DNA of 64,000 bases from Candidatus Latescibacterota bacterium (GTDB taxonomy: Bacteria; Latescibacterota; UBA2968; GCA-2709665): the NCBI GenBank assembly GCA_965248435.1, contig OZ252100.1, positions 5,592,477 through 5,656,476 of the forward strand, in the 5' to 3' direction. Below the pieces are notes generated by a model. That model had not been told where the DNA came from, searched no databases, and was given only the letters and a program-made list of their open reading frames with translations. A program made the position numbers and the translations under genes. Positions within the stretch are counted from its first letter, which is position 1. The number at the start of each line of letters is the position of its first letter. This document shows positions 1 to 8,638 of this stretch, in pieces.

Positions 1-87
1 TTGGGTCTTAAACCAATCAGTTATCTGGGCCAGGAACGATAGTATCACCACAATGAGGGTCAAAGCTGTAATGATTACAATATCCAT
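1..87 (-). CDS. Partial membrane protein (N-terminus only; runs off the window)
   Basis: ATG at 87 preceded by AAGGAG/GAGGTG; MDIVIITALTLIVVILSFLAQITDWFKTQ is hydrophobic. Confidence 0.5.
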   Translation of the reverse strand, partial: MDIVIITALTLIVVILSFLAQITDWFKTQ

Positions 88-347
88 AGCCACCTCAATC
101 TCCTTTAACAATAGAAGTTCCGTTGGCTCCTTGCGTATAGCCAATATTGGCCTCTAAATAATGATTCGCAAGTGTAAGTCAGAAAGCAAGGTCTTTCTAA
201 GAGATGGAATCTCAACTTGTGAAACCCCCTTCCAATGGATTGAAGACCCCTTTCAATTCTAAATCCTATATTCCAAAAAAATGCCTATATATTATAGGCA
301 CTATTTTCAGGCGCCTGTTTTGCTCCTTCCTTGGAGAGGGGTGTCCG

Positions 348-521
348 ATGAATCCAGAGGAAATCTTGAGAGAACAGCTATTGTCAGATATGGAAAAACT
401 GCACAGTCTTATTCTTAGGTATGCTGCTGGTAAAAGGAAAGTGAAACAGGAGAGAATTATTCTTGAAGAGGGGGTTGAGGTTAAGATGGCATTACTTTTG
501 GGAATGAGAGAGAAATGTTGA
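348..521 (+). CDS. Small hypothetical protein
   Basis: GGAGAGG before ATG 348 within ORF 204..521; overlaps the start of the next gene. Confidence 0.45.
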   Translation: MNPEEILREQLLSDMEKLHSLILRYAAGKRKVKQERIILEEGVEVKMALLLGMREKC

Positions 522-1417
522 GCAATATTATTTTCAGAATCTTGCTTTTGGTTCTGGTTTCCACTTCATCAGTTCCCGCACAACTTCCTACCCATACGGA
601 AACTGTCAAAGTCACAGTCCAGGATACTGTAACAATTCAGAAAACTGTATATGATACGATCCAGGTTGTAAAAGCAACTGAGCTGGAGCGGCTAATAGAA
701 GCAACTAGAGAGGTGAATTGGATTGCAGTATTTATTCCTGCTGTTGTAACTATCGTAGGTGTTTTGCTTACCCTTAGGTTTGCTCAGCGGAGGATGAAAA
801 AGGACCAAGAAGCCAACTTAGAAGCACAGAGAGAATTAATCGGGGCACAAGTGAGGGTAGATACATATAAAAGAATCTTAGATTGCATTTCCACATATGT
901 AGGAGCAACAGCAGAGTTACAGCGAATAACAATGAATGTCAATGATCAATTGGGTGCCTGCTTCAGGCTTGGAATAGGCACTCCTACATATACAGCTACG
1001 GAACTCGTGGATTATTATCGGAAGGTTGATATTAATCCAGTTACTGATTTAATGATGAGCTTTTTCTTCATAATTGGCACTGAAGCTACTAATGCCATAA
1101 TGGATGCCGATGATGGGTTGAAGGCCTCGTTCAAGGAGTTCTACAGCGATGTTGTGTTTTTCTTACCAGACATCAATGACAAAAAGCAGAAAGTCCAAAG
1201 CGAATCACTACAGAAACTAATCAAGCAGGATGATAAGATGGATCAAGCAAATAGAAATCATATGGAGGAAATTAAGAGGCTTTTTGATAAATACATTCAC
1301 CAATGTGAGCTGAATCATCAGAGTGTTAATGAGCTGAGAAAGACAGCTTATGAATCTTTACTAGAAGATTTATTTAAAGAGATTCTACAAAGCGCTGAAG
1401 GGAGTAATACTAACTAG
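515..1417 (+). CDS. Hypothetical membrane protein (signal peptide, one TM helix, helical C-terminal domain)
   Basis: 300-aa ORF with hydrophobic N-terminus and TM WIAVFIPAVVTIVGVLLTL. Confidence 0.7.
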   Translation: MLSNIIFRILLLVLVSTSSVPAQLPTHTETVKVTVQDTVTIQKTVYDTIQVVKATELERLIEATREVNWIAVFIPAVVTIVGVLLTLRFAQRRMKKDQEANLEAQRELIGAQVRVDTYKRILDCISTYVGATAELQRITMNVNDQLGACFRLGIGTPTYTATELVDYYRKVDINPVTDLMMSFFFIIGTEATNAIMDADDGLKASFKEFYSDVVFFLPDINDKKQKVQSESLQKLIKQDDKMDQANRNHMEEIKRLFDKYIHQCELNHQSVNELRKTAYESLLEDLFKEILQSAEGSNTN

Positions 1418-1424
1418 AGCAGAA

Positions 1425-1787
1425 CTACGAATTACTCCGAGCATCTTCAAGCTGCAAAATCATCTGCCTCGTCATTTGAGCAGCGAACTTAATATCCTCT
1501 AGAGGTTTTGTGGAAAGAAAAATGGAAAATTCTCCAATCTCCTTCTTTATAGGATCTTGTTTTCCTTGTCGGAGCTGAAACAATTCACTCAAGCTGATTC
1601 TGAAGGCTTCAGAGATTCCAACCATTGTCTTTAGAGTCGCATTCCCCTCCCCTCTCTCCAGCCTTCCACAAGCATCCAGACTAACATCCGCACCCTCTGC
1701 AAGCTCCTCTTGAGATAACCCTGCCTGCTTTCGCAAATCCCATATCCTTTTGCCCAGAAGTCTTGCTGTTTCCTCGAACTGTTTCAT
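1425..1787 (-). CDS. XRE-family HTH transcriptional regulator (C-protein-like)
   Basis: LGKRIWDLRKQAGLSQEELAE...LERGEGNATLKT HTH_3 pattern; AGGAGG SD. Confidence 0.9.
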   Translation of the reverse strand: MKQFEETARLLGKRIWDLRKQAGLSQEELAEGADVSLDACGRLERGEGNATLKTMVGISEAFRISLSELFQLRQGKQDPIKKEIGEFSIFLSTKPLEDIKFAAQMTRQMILQLEDARSNS

Positions 1788-1876
1788 AGCCCCCTCCTAC
1801 CTTTTCAAAACCTCTACTGCAAGTAAGTCCTGAATTTTAAACACTAAGGTAAGATTTCCAAGCCGGGGGCGTAATG

Positions 1877-1957
1877 GCTTAAAAGCAGTATTTTCCTATC
1901 TATTAATATTGCTCATAAGCAATCTTTTCCTTATCTTAAATGTGGGCTAAAAGCAAC
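1877..1957. promoter_or_regulatory. Three 34-bp-phased operator-like boxes overlapping a sigma70 promoter (TTGCTC-17-TATCTT)
   Basis: AAGCA at 1883, 1917 and 1951; central palindrome ATTGCT-CATA-AGCAAT at 1908-1923; lies between divergent XRE and OMP genes. Confidence 0.55.
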
Positions 1958-1977
1958 ACTCTAAGGAGGGTATTCAG

Positions 1978-2844
1978 ATGAGAAGCTTACTTGCAGTGAT
2001 GGTCTTGGTGTTTGCAGGAGAGATAGGAGCTCAGGAAATCCTGGACGAGATCCAGCTCAAAGACGGCAGCATCATCAGAGGGACGATTGTTGAGCAAATC
2101 CCTGGAGAGTATGTAAAAGTGAAGAATCGAACAGGAGACTTGCTGGTGTTCAGGATGGAGGATGTAAAGAGGATTGGTAAGGTGCAGTTAGCAGATCAGG
2201 ACATTCAGGATCTATTCACAGATGAAGTAGAGGAAGTGGAGGTTGAGCGGAAGAAACCTAGAAGAGGTTCTGGGAAGGGGATTTTTGTAGGAGCAGGGTA
2301 TGGAACTGGAAAACTCGCAAGCAATAGTGGTATTCAAGCAATCTCAGGACCTGATGGAGAGACTTTCTCAGGTGTGAGGTTCGCAGCAGGATTTGAATCT
2401 GGCTCTGGTCTCGGTCTAAAGGTGGACTTTACTAGCTATGACTTAGAGAAAGCATTCGTAGATAATATCTACTTGAATTCTTGGAAATGGGAAGTAAGAG
2501 TTATTGAAGCGATGCTGAGCTATAGAGAAGACTTTACAGAAGGCAACCAAGGGATGAAACTGTTTGGAGGGATTTTCGGGGGAGTTGCACTTGGCTCTGT
2601 AAAGATGAATGGCACTGAGGTTGGACAAGACTACTTTGATAGTGGGAGCGTTGATAATTCAGAAGTAGGGATAAGTTTTGGAGGAAACGTAGAGCTGAGG
2701 ATGCCTAACAATTACATAGGCATTGTGATTGAGCCTAAATGGACTTCTCTCGAAACCGAACTAGAAGGAGAGTTTGGAAAATACAAAGTTGGAGCTCTGC
2801 AAGTCTCCGGCTATGTAAAGTTCATCATTCCTTTAGGAGGGTAA
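1978..2844 (+). CDS. Outer-membrane beta-barrel protein with small N-terminal domain
   Basis: Signal peptide; LKDGSIIRGTIVEQIP N-domain; alternating amphipathic strands in the C-terminal half; AAGGAGG SD. Confidence 0.7.
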   Translation: MRSLLAVMVLVFAGEIGAQEILDEIQLKDGSIIRGTIVEQIPGEYVKVKNRTGDLLVFRMEDVKRIGKVQLADQDIQDLFTDEVEEVEVERKKPRRGSGKGIFVGAGYGTGKLASNSGIQAISGPDGETFSGVRFAAGFESGSGLGLKVDFTSYDLEKAFVDNIYLNSWKWEVRVIEAMLSYREDFTEGNQGMKLFGGIFGGVALGSVKMNGTEVGQDYFDSGSVDNSEVGISFGGNVELRMPNNYIGIVIEPKWTSLETELEGEFGKYKVGALQVSGYVKFIIPLGG

Positions 2845-2851
2845 AGAGTAG

Positions 2852-3319
2852 ATGAGGCAAATATCTCTCTTATTCTTGCTCTTAGTCTTGGGATGTGGAG
2901 AGAGTAAGCAGGATTTGGATGGTCTTTTATCCTCTCAAGAAAATCAACCTCCAGAGACAACTGCCGAGTTCACAAGACTAGTGTTCGATGGAGATGGTTT
3001 TTCTCTCCCTCCACAAGTTATCCAGATAGAGGTTAATCCGGTGCCTTGGATTCTGGTTGGCTATGATGGAAGTGATGAAGATGGGGTTGTTGTGGATTAT
3101 GAGTTCTCTGTTCAAGGACCAAGAGTTGTTGATTGGATTTCTCTCAAATCGAATCCTCCAACAGCCTCGGACAGCACAGAAGCAGTTGTAAAATACCTTC
3201 AAAGAGGGATGGTGAGGAACCTGCCGAAAGGCAATTACATCCTCAAAGTCAGAGCTGTTGACGATGAAGGAGCAAAAGACCCCACTCCTGCTGAGGTGAG
3301 ATTTACCATTCCCACTTGA
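2852..3319 (+). CDS. Lipoprotein with Ig/FnIII (Y_Y_Y-like) domain
   Basis: Lipobox VLGC; NQPPET...GNYILKVRAVDDEGAKDPTPA. Confidence 0.7.
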   Translation: MRQISLLFLLLVLGCGESKQDLDGLLSSQENQPPETTAEFTRLVFDGDGFSLPPQVIQIEVNPVPWILVGYDGSDEDGVVVDYEFSVQGPRVVDWISLKSNPPTASDSTEAVVKYLQRGMVRNLPKGNYILKVRAVDDEGAKDPTPAEVRFTIPT

Positions 3320-3331
3320 GGATGAAAAGAG

Positions 3332-3715
3332 ATGAAGTCTGTTGTTTTCATACTAGCCTTGTTGGCTTTTTCCTGTGGCTTGAATCCAAATATGGAGGAG
3401 GCTCCTATATACCGAGCATTCTCAAAGGTTGAGCGCTATAGCATAAACGGAGGCTGGTTCGAGGTGAGCGTTCGGTTATCCAATGATGGTGATGATACAT
3501 CTGAGCGAGCCAGCCTGAGCCTTAGAGTCACTGTCTCAGGAGAAACTATTGGAGAAGGAACATCCATCCTAGGACCACTTAACGCTGGTGAGAATGAGAC
3601 CTACTTGGTGACTGTTGAAGGCAATCAAGCCAGGATGTCAGAACTTGGCTTTGATAGGCTAAACATCGCAAATGTAGTGACGATAATTCTAAGCCCTCGC
3701 TTGAGTTTCGCTTAG
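3332..3715 (+). CDS. Lipoprotein with CARDB/Ig-like domain
   Basis: Lipobox AFSC; VRLSNDG...LGPLNAGENETY. Confidence 0.6.
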   Translation: MKSVVFILALLAFSCGLNPNMEEAPIYRAFSKVERYSINGGWFEVSVRLSNDGDDTSERASLSLRVTVSGETIGEGTSILGPLNAGENETYLVTVEGNQARMSELGFDRLNIANVVTIILSPRLSFA

Positions 3716-3734
3716 ACATAGAACATCCCTCTAA

Positions 3735-3761
3735 AAGGCTCTGAGGCTCTTTCAGGGCCTT
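3735..3761 (+). terminator. Hairpin ending the OMP-lipoprotein operon
   Basis: AAGGCTCTGA-loop-TCAGGGCCTT followed by an AT-rich tail. Confidence 0.4.
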
Positions 3762-3791
3762 GTTATTCACCCCTTAACAATAGTGAAAATA

Positions 3792-3805
3792 GAAAGCTTT
3801 ATAAA
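3792..3805 (+). promoter_or_regulatory. Archaeal-type BRE/TATA promoter
   Basis: GAAAGC-TTTATAAA, 22 nt before ATG 3828. Confidence 0.6.
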
Positions 3806-3827
3806 TACTCAGATGTCTCCTTGGAGG

Positions 3828-5093
3828 ATGAAAAAGCCAAGTTTAGGCAGAAGAATAAAGAGGACCTTGAAGGAGACAGGTTACGGATTATTACTTAGTG
3901 GTCTATTAAGTATGCCTCCTCAAGCCAGTCCACATCCTAGTCCTTCAACAAGAAAAGCTTCTAAGGGTGTTGTAGATGGAGATTTTTACATTATATCTGA
4001 AGGAGAGCCAAATCCCGATTTCGATGGAAATGGAAAAGTAGACTTCCTTGATTTTGTAGGATTTGCACAAGCTTTTGACTCTAGACCCACAGACCTTGAT
4101 TGGGATGTTAGATATGATTTGAATGAGGATAGTGAAGTTGGATTCTTTGACTTTCTAGAATTTACAAAGGCTTTCGGCAAAGACATTGAGATAAGAGAAA
4201 ACGCTCCGCAGATAGCTGAGATTCCTCTACAAGAAATACCTCAAGTTGAATCTGTCGTAAATCCTGTAACTCTAGACCTCTCACAATATGTCTCAAATCA
4301 AGATAGTAATTTAGTCTATGAAATAGTTGGCAGTAATGGTTTGGTTACGCAGCTAAAAGACTCAGTTCTAACATACAGACCTAGAGGACTCTTTAATAAA
4401 GAAGATAATGGTTTGGCTAAGGTTGCGTTTAGAGTTAGGAAAGGAGATCTAGAAAGCAATCTGGGAGAACTAGATGTTGAGATTGAGAGAAATGGTGATT
4501 TTATTTATGAATACAACACTCTCTTCCCGGACATACAAGAAGGTCTCAAATCTCCGATTAAAGTGGCTTACCTATGGGCTGGCCCTATAAGAACAGATCC
4601 TAGTGAATGGAATCCAAGTAAATGGGATGGTCCTTTGACTTCTGAAGAAGACCTTGCAAATGCAGAGAAAGGAATAAAACGACTCCATATCCTAACAAGC
4701 GGGTTTATTTCTAAAGACATTGAAGTTATTAGAGGCACAGATCATACTAGGATTTATGATGAATTTACAGATGATATTATATCTCCGCCTGAAGAGATGC
4801 ACTGGTATGTGAATGAGAGTTTCCCAGGCAAAGGGGCGGCCTATAACAATAGGAGAGATGATAGAAATTACACCTCAGCAGGCTACTATACAAAGCCAGG
4901 AGTAGAGCTCTCAACCCATCTACACGAGTGTTATCATATAGCAACCTCTGGAGCACATTCAGAAAACGATGAAGACTTGCTTTCAGCAGGAGCTACTCCA
5001 GGGATAACCGAATATTCACCAATGCATATTGCGTTGGTAACTGCAAACATAGATGAAAGACTCAAAGCAGGTCTAGCTAGGGCTGAACCTTAG
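3828..5093 (+). CDS. Surface protein with dockerin/EF-hand-like pair, Ig-like segment and C-terminal zinc-metalloprotease motif
   Basis: DFDGNGKVDFLDF...YDLNEDSEVGFFDF; HECYHIATSGAH (HExxH plus third His); start refined from 3783 to ATG 3828. Confidence 0.7.
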   Translation: MKKPSLGRRIKRTLKETGYGLLLSGLLSMPPQASPHPSPSTRKASKGVVDGDFYIISEGEPNPDFDGNGKVDFLDFVGFAQAFDSRPTDLDWDVRYDLNEDSEVGFFDFLEFTKAFGKDIEIRENAPQIAEIPLQEIPQVESVVNPVTLDLSQYVSNQDSNLVYEIVGSNGLVTQLKDSVLTYRPRGLFNKEDNGLAKVAFRVRKGDLESNLGELDVEIERNGDFIYEYNTLFPDIQEGLKSPIKVAYLWAGPIRTDPSEWNPSKWDGPLTSEEDLANAEKGIKRLHILTSGFISKDIEVIRGTDHTRIYDEFTDDIISPPEEMHWYVNESFPGKGAAYNNRRDDRNYTSAGYYTKPGVELSTHLHECYHIATSGAHSENDEDLLSAGATPGITEYSPMHIALVTANIDERLKAGLARAEP

Positions 5094-6938
5094 TTAGGTT
5101 CCGTATGTCTCTGGCTTAACTAAAATAACTTGATCGGTTTTGCCAAGAGCATTTGTCTTTAAACAAATCTGCTGAGCAGCCCAACAATCAAGAGTTTTGC
5201 CTCCAACTCTAAAGGGATTTCTCTTAATTTTGTTAATGTCATATTCTCTTCCTGCATAAAAGAATTTTCCACCCTGCTTTTGCTCAATAGGACAATCGCA
5301 TTTAGTTATTTTTTCTTTACCTTCAACACATCTTCTTCCATTCCAAACTTGCTGTCCAACAAGACAACAAGCTGCTGTTCTATCTGTAGCATAACTGCAA
5401 TACAAATTCTCATTTCTCTGCCCTGGCAAAGCACTAGAAGAGAAGTAAGAACATTCATTATTAGTAGTGCAGGTTTTCTCTCTTAAAGAACCTTGACAAG
5501 TAGCGACTAAAAATCCTCTTTTCTTTTGAGCACCACAAGGATTTCCGCAATTAGCTTCATTGAAAACAATACTCAACTTAGGTGGATCTCTACCTGCACT
5601 AGTTACTACTGGCTTTCCTACTGGACCAAATTCAAAACCCTTACTGCAACTGCTCGATGCTTTATTCTCACAATAGTAGATAGCCTTGTATTGCCCTATA
5701 ACCTCACCTCCACAATTAACAGTAGCCCTTTCTCCTCCAGCTACTTCATCAACATTCATTTGACTATCATCAGGCACTTTGACAAAACCAAATGCTTCAA
5801 GCTGTTGGGCAGTAGGAGTAACTAACTTCCATCCAAATTCAATTGAAGCACCTCCACCTTGCTCAAAATACTCTACTTGAATTGTATGTTTTCCAGCTTG
5901 CAGACTAGTGTCAGCACTATTTGTAGAAATTCTTCTAAGACCGTGCAAGCCCCAATTGTCCACAATTTTTTTCCTAGACCCATCAGGATAGATAAGATAG
6001 AGCCTTGAGCCATCATCACTATTAGTCCAGAATTCAAACTGGCCCGAGGTAAAATCAAATCTGCCAGCATACTTTACAGAAAATTGATCAGCCCCAACAT
6101 TAGTAGCTTGAGGAGGAGCACCTATGCCCCAACCTTTTGAAAACTTTCTCTCATCTCCTTGTCCTGAACTTGCTAAATCAGATGTTCTAACACTAAGCCT
6201 GAAATTATCGAAGTTTACACCATCATAATAATTGGCGGTAAACAAATTGTCTCTCACTTGGGGAAAGCCAGGATCAGCAGCTAGCTTAGGAGCACTAGGA
6301 GTTACAGCTTGTGGAGTTGGTGCTGGAGCTCTTGTAGGAAGTGCGCATCTCGGCGGAGCTATTGTTCTTACTTCCTCGGTTTTTCTATTCTGAGTTATTC
6401 GCACATTACATCTCTGAGACTTAGCCCTAGTGTCACAAAAGAAATCAGAATACCTCTCCCATTTTTGTTCTTGGCATTGGCCTATGTTTCTCCAATTAGG
6501 TTTCCATCCATCACCAGCATTGCAATTCCTCCCCCAGCAATTAGTATCTGTTTGTCCCTGGGTAACAGTCTTTACTAATCCTGTAAATCCTTGTTGTTGG
6601 AAAGCAACCTCGGCTTGTTTCTGCGTCACTTCAACTCTAGGAGCTGGCTTGCATCCATTACTACCACATCCAAAATTGCACCTACGAACAGTAGTCTTTT
6701 TTCTATTACCCCGGCAGGAGTAGTCTATAAAGGAATTCCTTCCGCAGTAATCTTTCTTGTAATAACTCTTACTCCCAACTCTGTATTTAACATTCCCGCT
6801 TTTGTATTCCTTACAATATGGAGACAGAGAAGAGGAGAAGGCAGAGGAAAGAGAAGCAGTAAGGTGTCTTGACTCACTCTCTGGGATAATAGCAAAGACA
6901 AAAACTACCAACACCAAAAGGAAAATTATCTTTCTCAT
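5094..6938 (-). CDS. Secreted Cys-rich protein with PA14 domain
   Basis: Signal peptide; FSVKYAG...SDDGSRL...DNWGLH...VEYFEQGGGA PA14 motifs; ATGA overlap with the upstream gene. Confidence 0.8.
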   Translation of the reverse strand: MRKIIFLLVLVVFVFAIIPESESRHLTASLSSAFSSSLSPYCKEYKSGNVKYRVGSKSYYKKDYCGRNSFIDYSCRGNRKKTTVRRCNFGCGSNGCKPAPRVEVTQKQAEVAFQQQGFTGLVKTVTQGQTDTNCWGRNCNAGDGWKPNWRNIGQCQEQKWERYSDFFCDTRAKSQRCNVRITQNRKTEEVRTIAPPRCALPTRAPAPTPQAVTPSAPKLAADPGFPQVRDNLFTANYYDGVNFDNFRLSVRTSDLASSGQGDERKFSKGWGIGAPPQATNVGADQFSVKYAGRFDFTSGQFEFWTNSDDGSRLYLIYPDGSRKKIVDNWGLHGLRRISTNSADTSLQAGKHTIQVEYFEQGGGASIEFGWKLVTPTAQQLEAFGFVKVPDDSQMNVDEVAGGERATVNCGGEVIGQYKAIYYCENKASSSCSKGFEFGPVGKPVVTSAGRDPPKLSIVFNEANCGNPCGAQKKRGFLVATCQGSLREKTCTTNNECSYFSSSALPGQRNENLYCSYATDRTAACCLVGQQVWNGRRCVEGKEKITKCDCPIEQKQGGKFFYAGREYDINKIKRNPFRVGGKTLDCWAAQQICLKTNALGKTDQVILVKPETYGT

Positions 6939-7381
6939 TCTAGCTCCTGGCAAACCTTTCTTAACTCGGCATCAGCAATTTGATTACAAAAACCTAAATC
7001 ATCAGTCTCAATAGCTTGGTTAAAATAATAATCATCAAGGCAATCCTGTCTCAGCTCTTGCTCTAATTCGTCACACAAGCTTGCATCAGCCAAAGCATTC
7101 TCCACTACAGATTCTTCAAATCCTATGACAAATGCGGCTTCACAACTCTCTCTAACTCTAGGATCTGTAATTAGATTGCAAATACTACTATCATCGTTAT
7201 CTAGAGCCTGCTGCAAGTAGAAGTCGTCCAAACACTCACCCCTCTTATGCAAGTTAGGAATATTCTCACATTCACCAATATCAGTAATGAGTTTTTCAAT
7301 CTTTTCCTGTTCACACCCAGCACCTATGAGAAATACAAGACTTAGAATTACAAATATCACCTTCTCTTTGTTATGAAACAT
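6935..7381 (-). CDS. Lipoprotein-like protein with Cys-paired helical repeats
   Basis: GAGC after a hydrophobic stretch; repeated C-x2-I-x5-R-x2-C units. Confidence 0.7.
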   Translation of the reverse strand: MFHNKEKVIFVILSLVFLIGAGCEQEKIEKLITDIGECENIPNLHKRGECLDDFYLQQALDNDDSSICNLITDPRVRESCEAAFVIGFEESVVENALADASLCDELEQELRQDCLDDYYFNQAIETDDLGFCNQIADAELRKVCQELE

Positions 7382-7406
7382 CTATGCTAAAGAAGGGGGA
7401 AACGTA

Positions 7407-7421
7407 TATATAAAGGTTATC
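7407..7421 (-). promoter_or_regulatory. Archaeal-type BRE/TATA promoter (leaderless)
   Basis: GATAACC-TTTATATA, 25 nt before ATG 7381, no SD. Confidence 0.65.
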
Positions 7422-7450
7422 CCTTTAGGAGTAGCAGGAGATGTTGTGAG

Positions 7451-8038
7451 TTGGCTCAAGCTCAGCAGAATGAAGATGGAGAATGGTATGTATGCAGGAG
7501 AGGACCTGCTGCTAGTCCAGGTGGAAGCGGAACGAAAACTTCCTATGATTGGTTTTTGGTTAGGCCCTGGGGCAAAGCACCAGGAGGGAAAGTTCAGACA
7601 GACTTTATCTCTTTTCCAAAAGAGCTTTTAGGAACACGCATTAGACTAAAAGTTGAGTTTGTTGATGATGACAGAAAAAAGAGGACTAAGAGAGAGCATA
7701 TTCTTGCCGAGCGCATCGAGGACTTCATAGAGGAGAACGCTACTAATCCCAAATTTAGATTAGAGAAGGTTCTTGATAGATTTGGAATTTACCCAACTTA
7801 TGCTAACCAAATTCTAAGAATCAGATATGGCACAAACTTCCAGCAAAGGCTGTTCTATCATCGTATTGAGAAAACGAAAGAGCTCCTCAAAAATACTGAT
7901 AAGCCTATTAAAGCTGTGGCTGCTGAATCTGGATTCACCTACTCTAAGTATTTTCGAAAGATGTTCTCCAAAATGGTTGGAGTTGATGCCGATGACTATA
8001 GGAAAAATATGAAGAAGAAGCTCACTTCGGAGAATTGA
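7451..8038 (+). CDS. Fusion of an AbrB/DUF2080-like N-domain with an AraC-type HTH
   Basis: FPKELLGTRIRLKVEF in the N-half; RIEKTKELLKNTDKPIKAVAAESGF...YFRKMFSKMVG AraC signature. Confidence 0.7.
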   Translation: MAQAQQNEDGEWYVCRRGPAASPGGSGTKTSYDWFLVRPWGKAPGGKVQTDFISFPKELLGTRIRLKVEFVDDDRKKRTKREHILAERIEDFIEENATNPKFRLEKVLDRFGIYPTYANQILRIRYGTNFQQRLFYHRIEKTKELLKNTDKPIKAVAAESGFTYSKYFRKMFSKMVGVDADDYRKNMKKKLTSEN

Positions 8039-8182
8039 GAGAAAGAAGAAGCCTGAAAAGAAGAGGGGTTAAAATCGCTACACTAATAGCTGAAATAAAT
8101 TTCTGAAGGTGCAACTCCATTCAAGACACCCTGCCCTAGTAACGGGAATATTATCATAAAGTTCACATCCTATTAAGAATGA

Positions 8183-8488
8183 ATGCCAGATGAACAATAC
8201 AAAGAGCCAGCAAGATGCAAATACCACAGTGATTGTGGATTTTACAACCAAGGAGTTCTGCCATCAGAGATAGAGAAGAGGATGTGTGGCAGAGGACAAA
8301 GGGTAGATGAGAATTACAAGCCCTGGATTCCTGAAGTTGAAAACTTTACTCCTTGTGAAGGCTATGCCTTTGGACCTGAAGTTGTGTGTGATGCTTTTCT
8401 GTATTTCGAAAACTCAAAACTGATTCGGACAATGAGTGGAGGGCTTAAGGCAATTCTGCAAAGAGTAGAGGAGCAGGGATATGAGTAG
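8183..8488 (+). CDS. Hypothetical Cys-containing protein
   Basis: 101-aa ORF with five Cys. Confidence 0.55.
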   Translation: MPDEQYKEPARCKYHSDCGFYNQGVLPSEIEKRMCGRGQRVDENYKPWIPEVENFTPCEGYAFGPEVVCDAFLYFENSKLIRTMSGGLKAILQRVEEQGYE

Positions 8489-8508
8489 GCTACAGACTCT
8501 TTTTGGAG

Positions 8509-8538
8509 TTGACATTTCCAGGAAGCGAAACCTATATT
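8509..8538 (+). promoter_or_regulatory. Sigma70 promoter
   Basis: TTGACA-18-TATATT upstream of a structured leader and the HU-REC gene. Confidence 0.6.
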
Positions 8539-8638
8539 TTGTTGCAACGTAAGTCCTCTCATCGGGGGAGAGGAAGCCAGGGTTGATGAGGTGCACTTGA
8601 TGAGAGTGTGCCTTTTTCTTTTTTACGTGGAGCAGAGC

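Noticed and set aside
8145-8182. Possible TATA box for ORF 8183
   Set aside because: TTATCATAAA is too degenerate to count with the others
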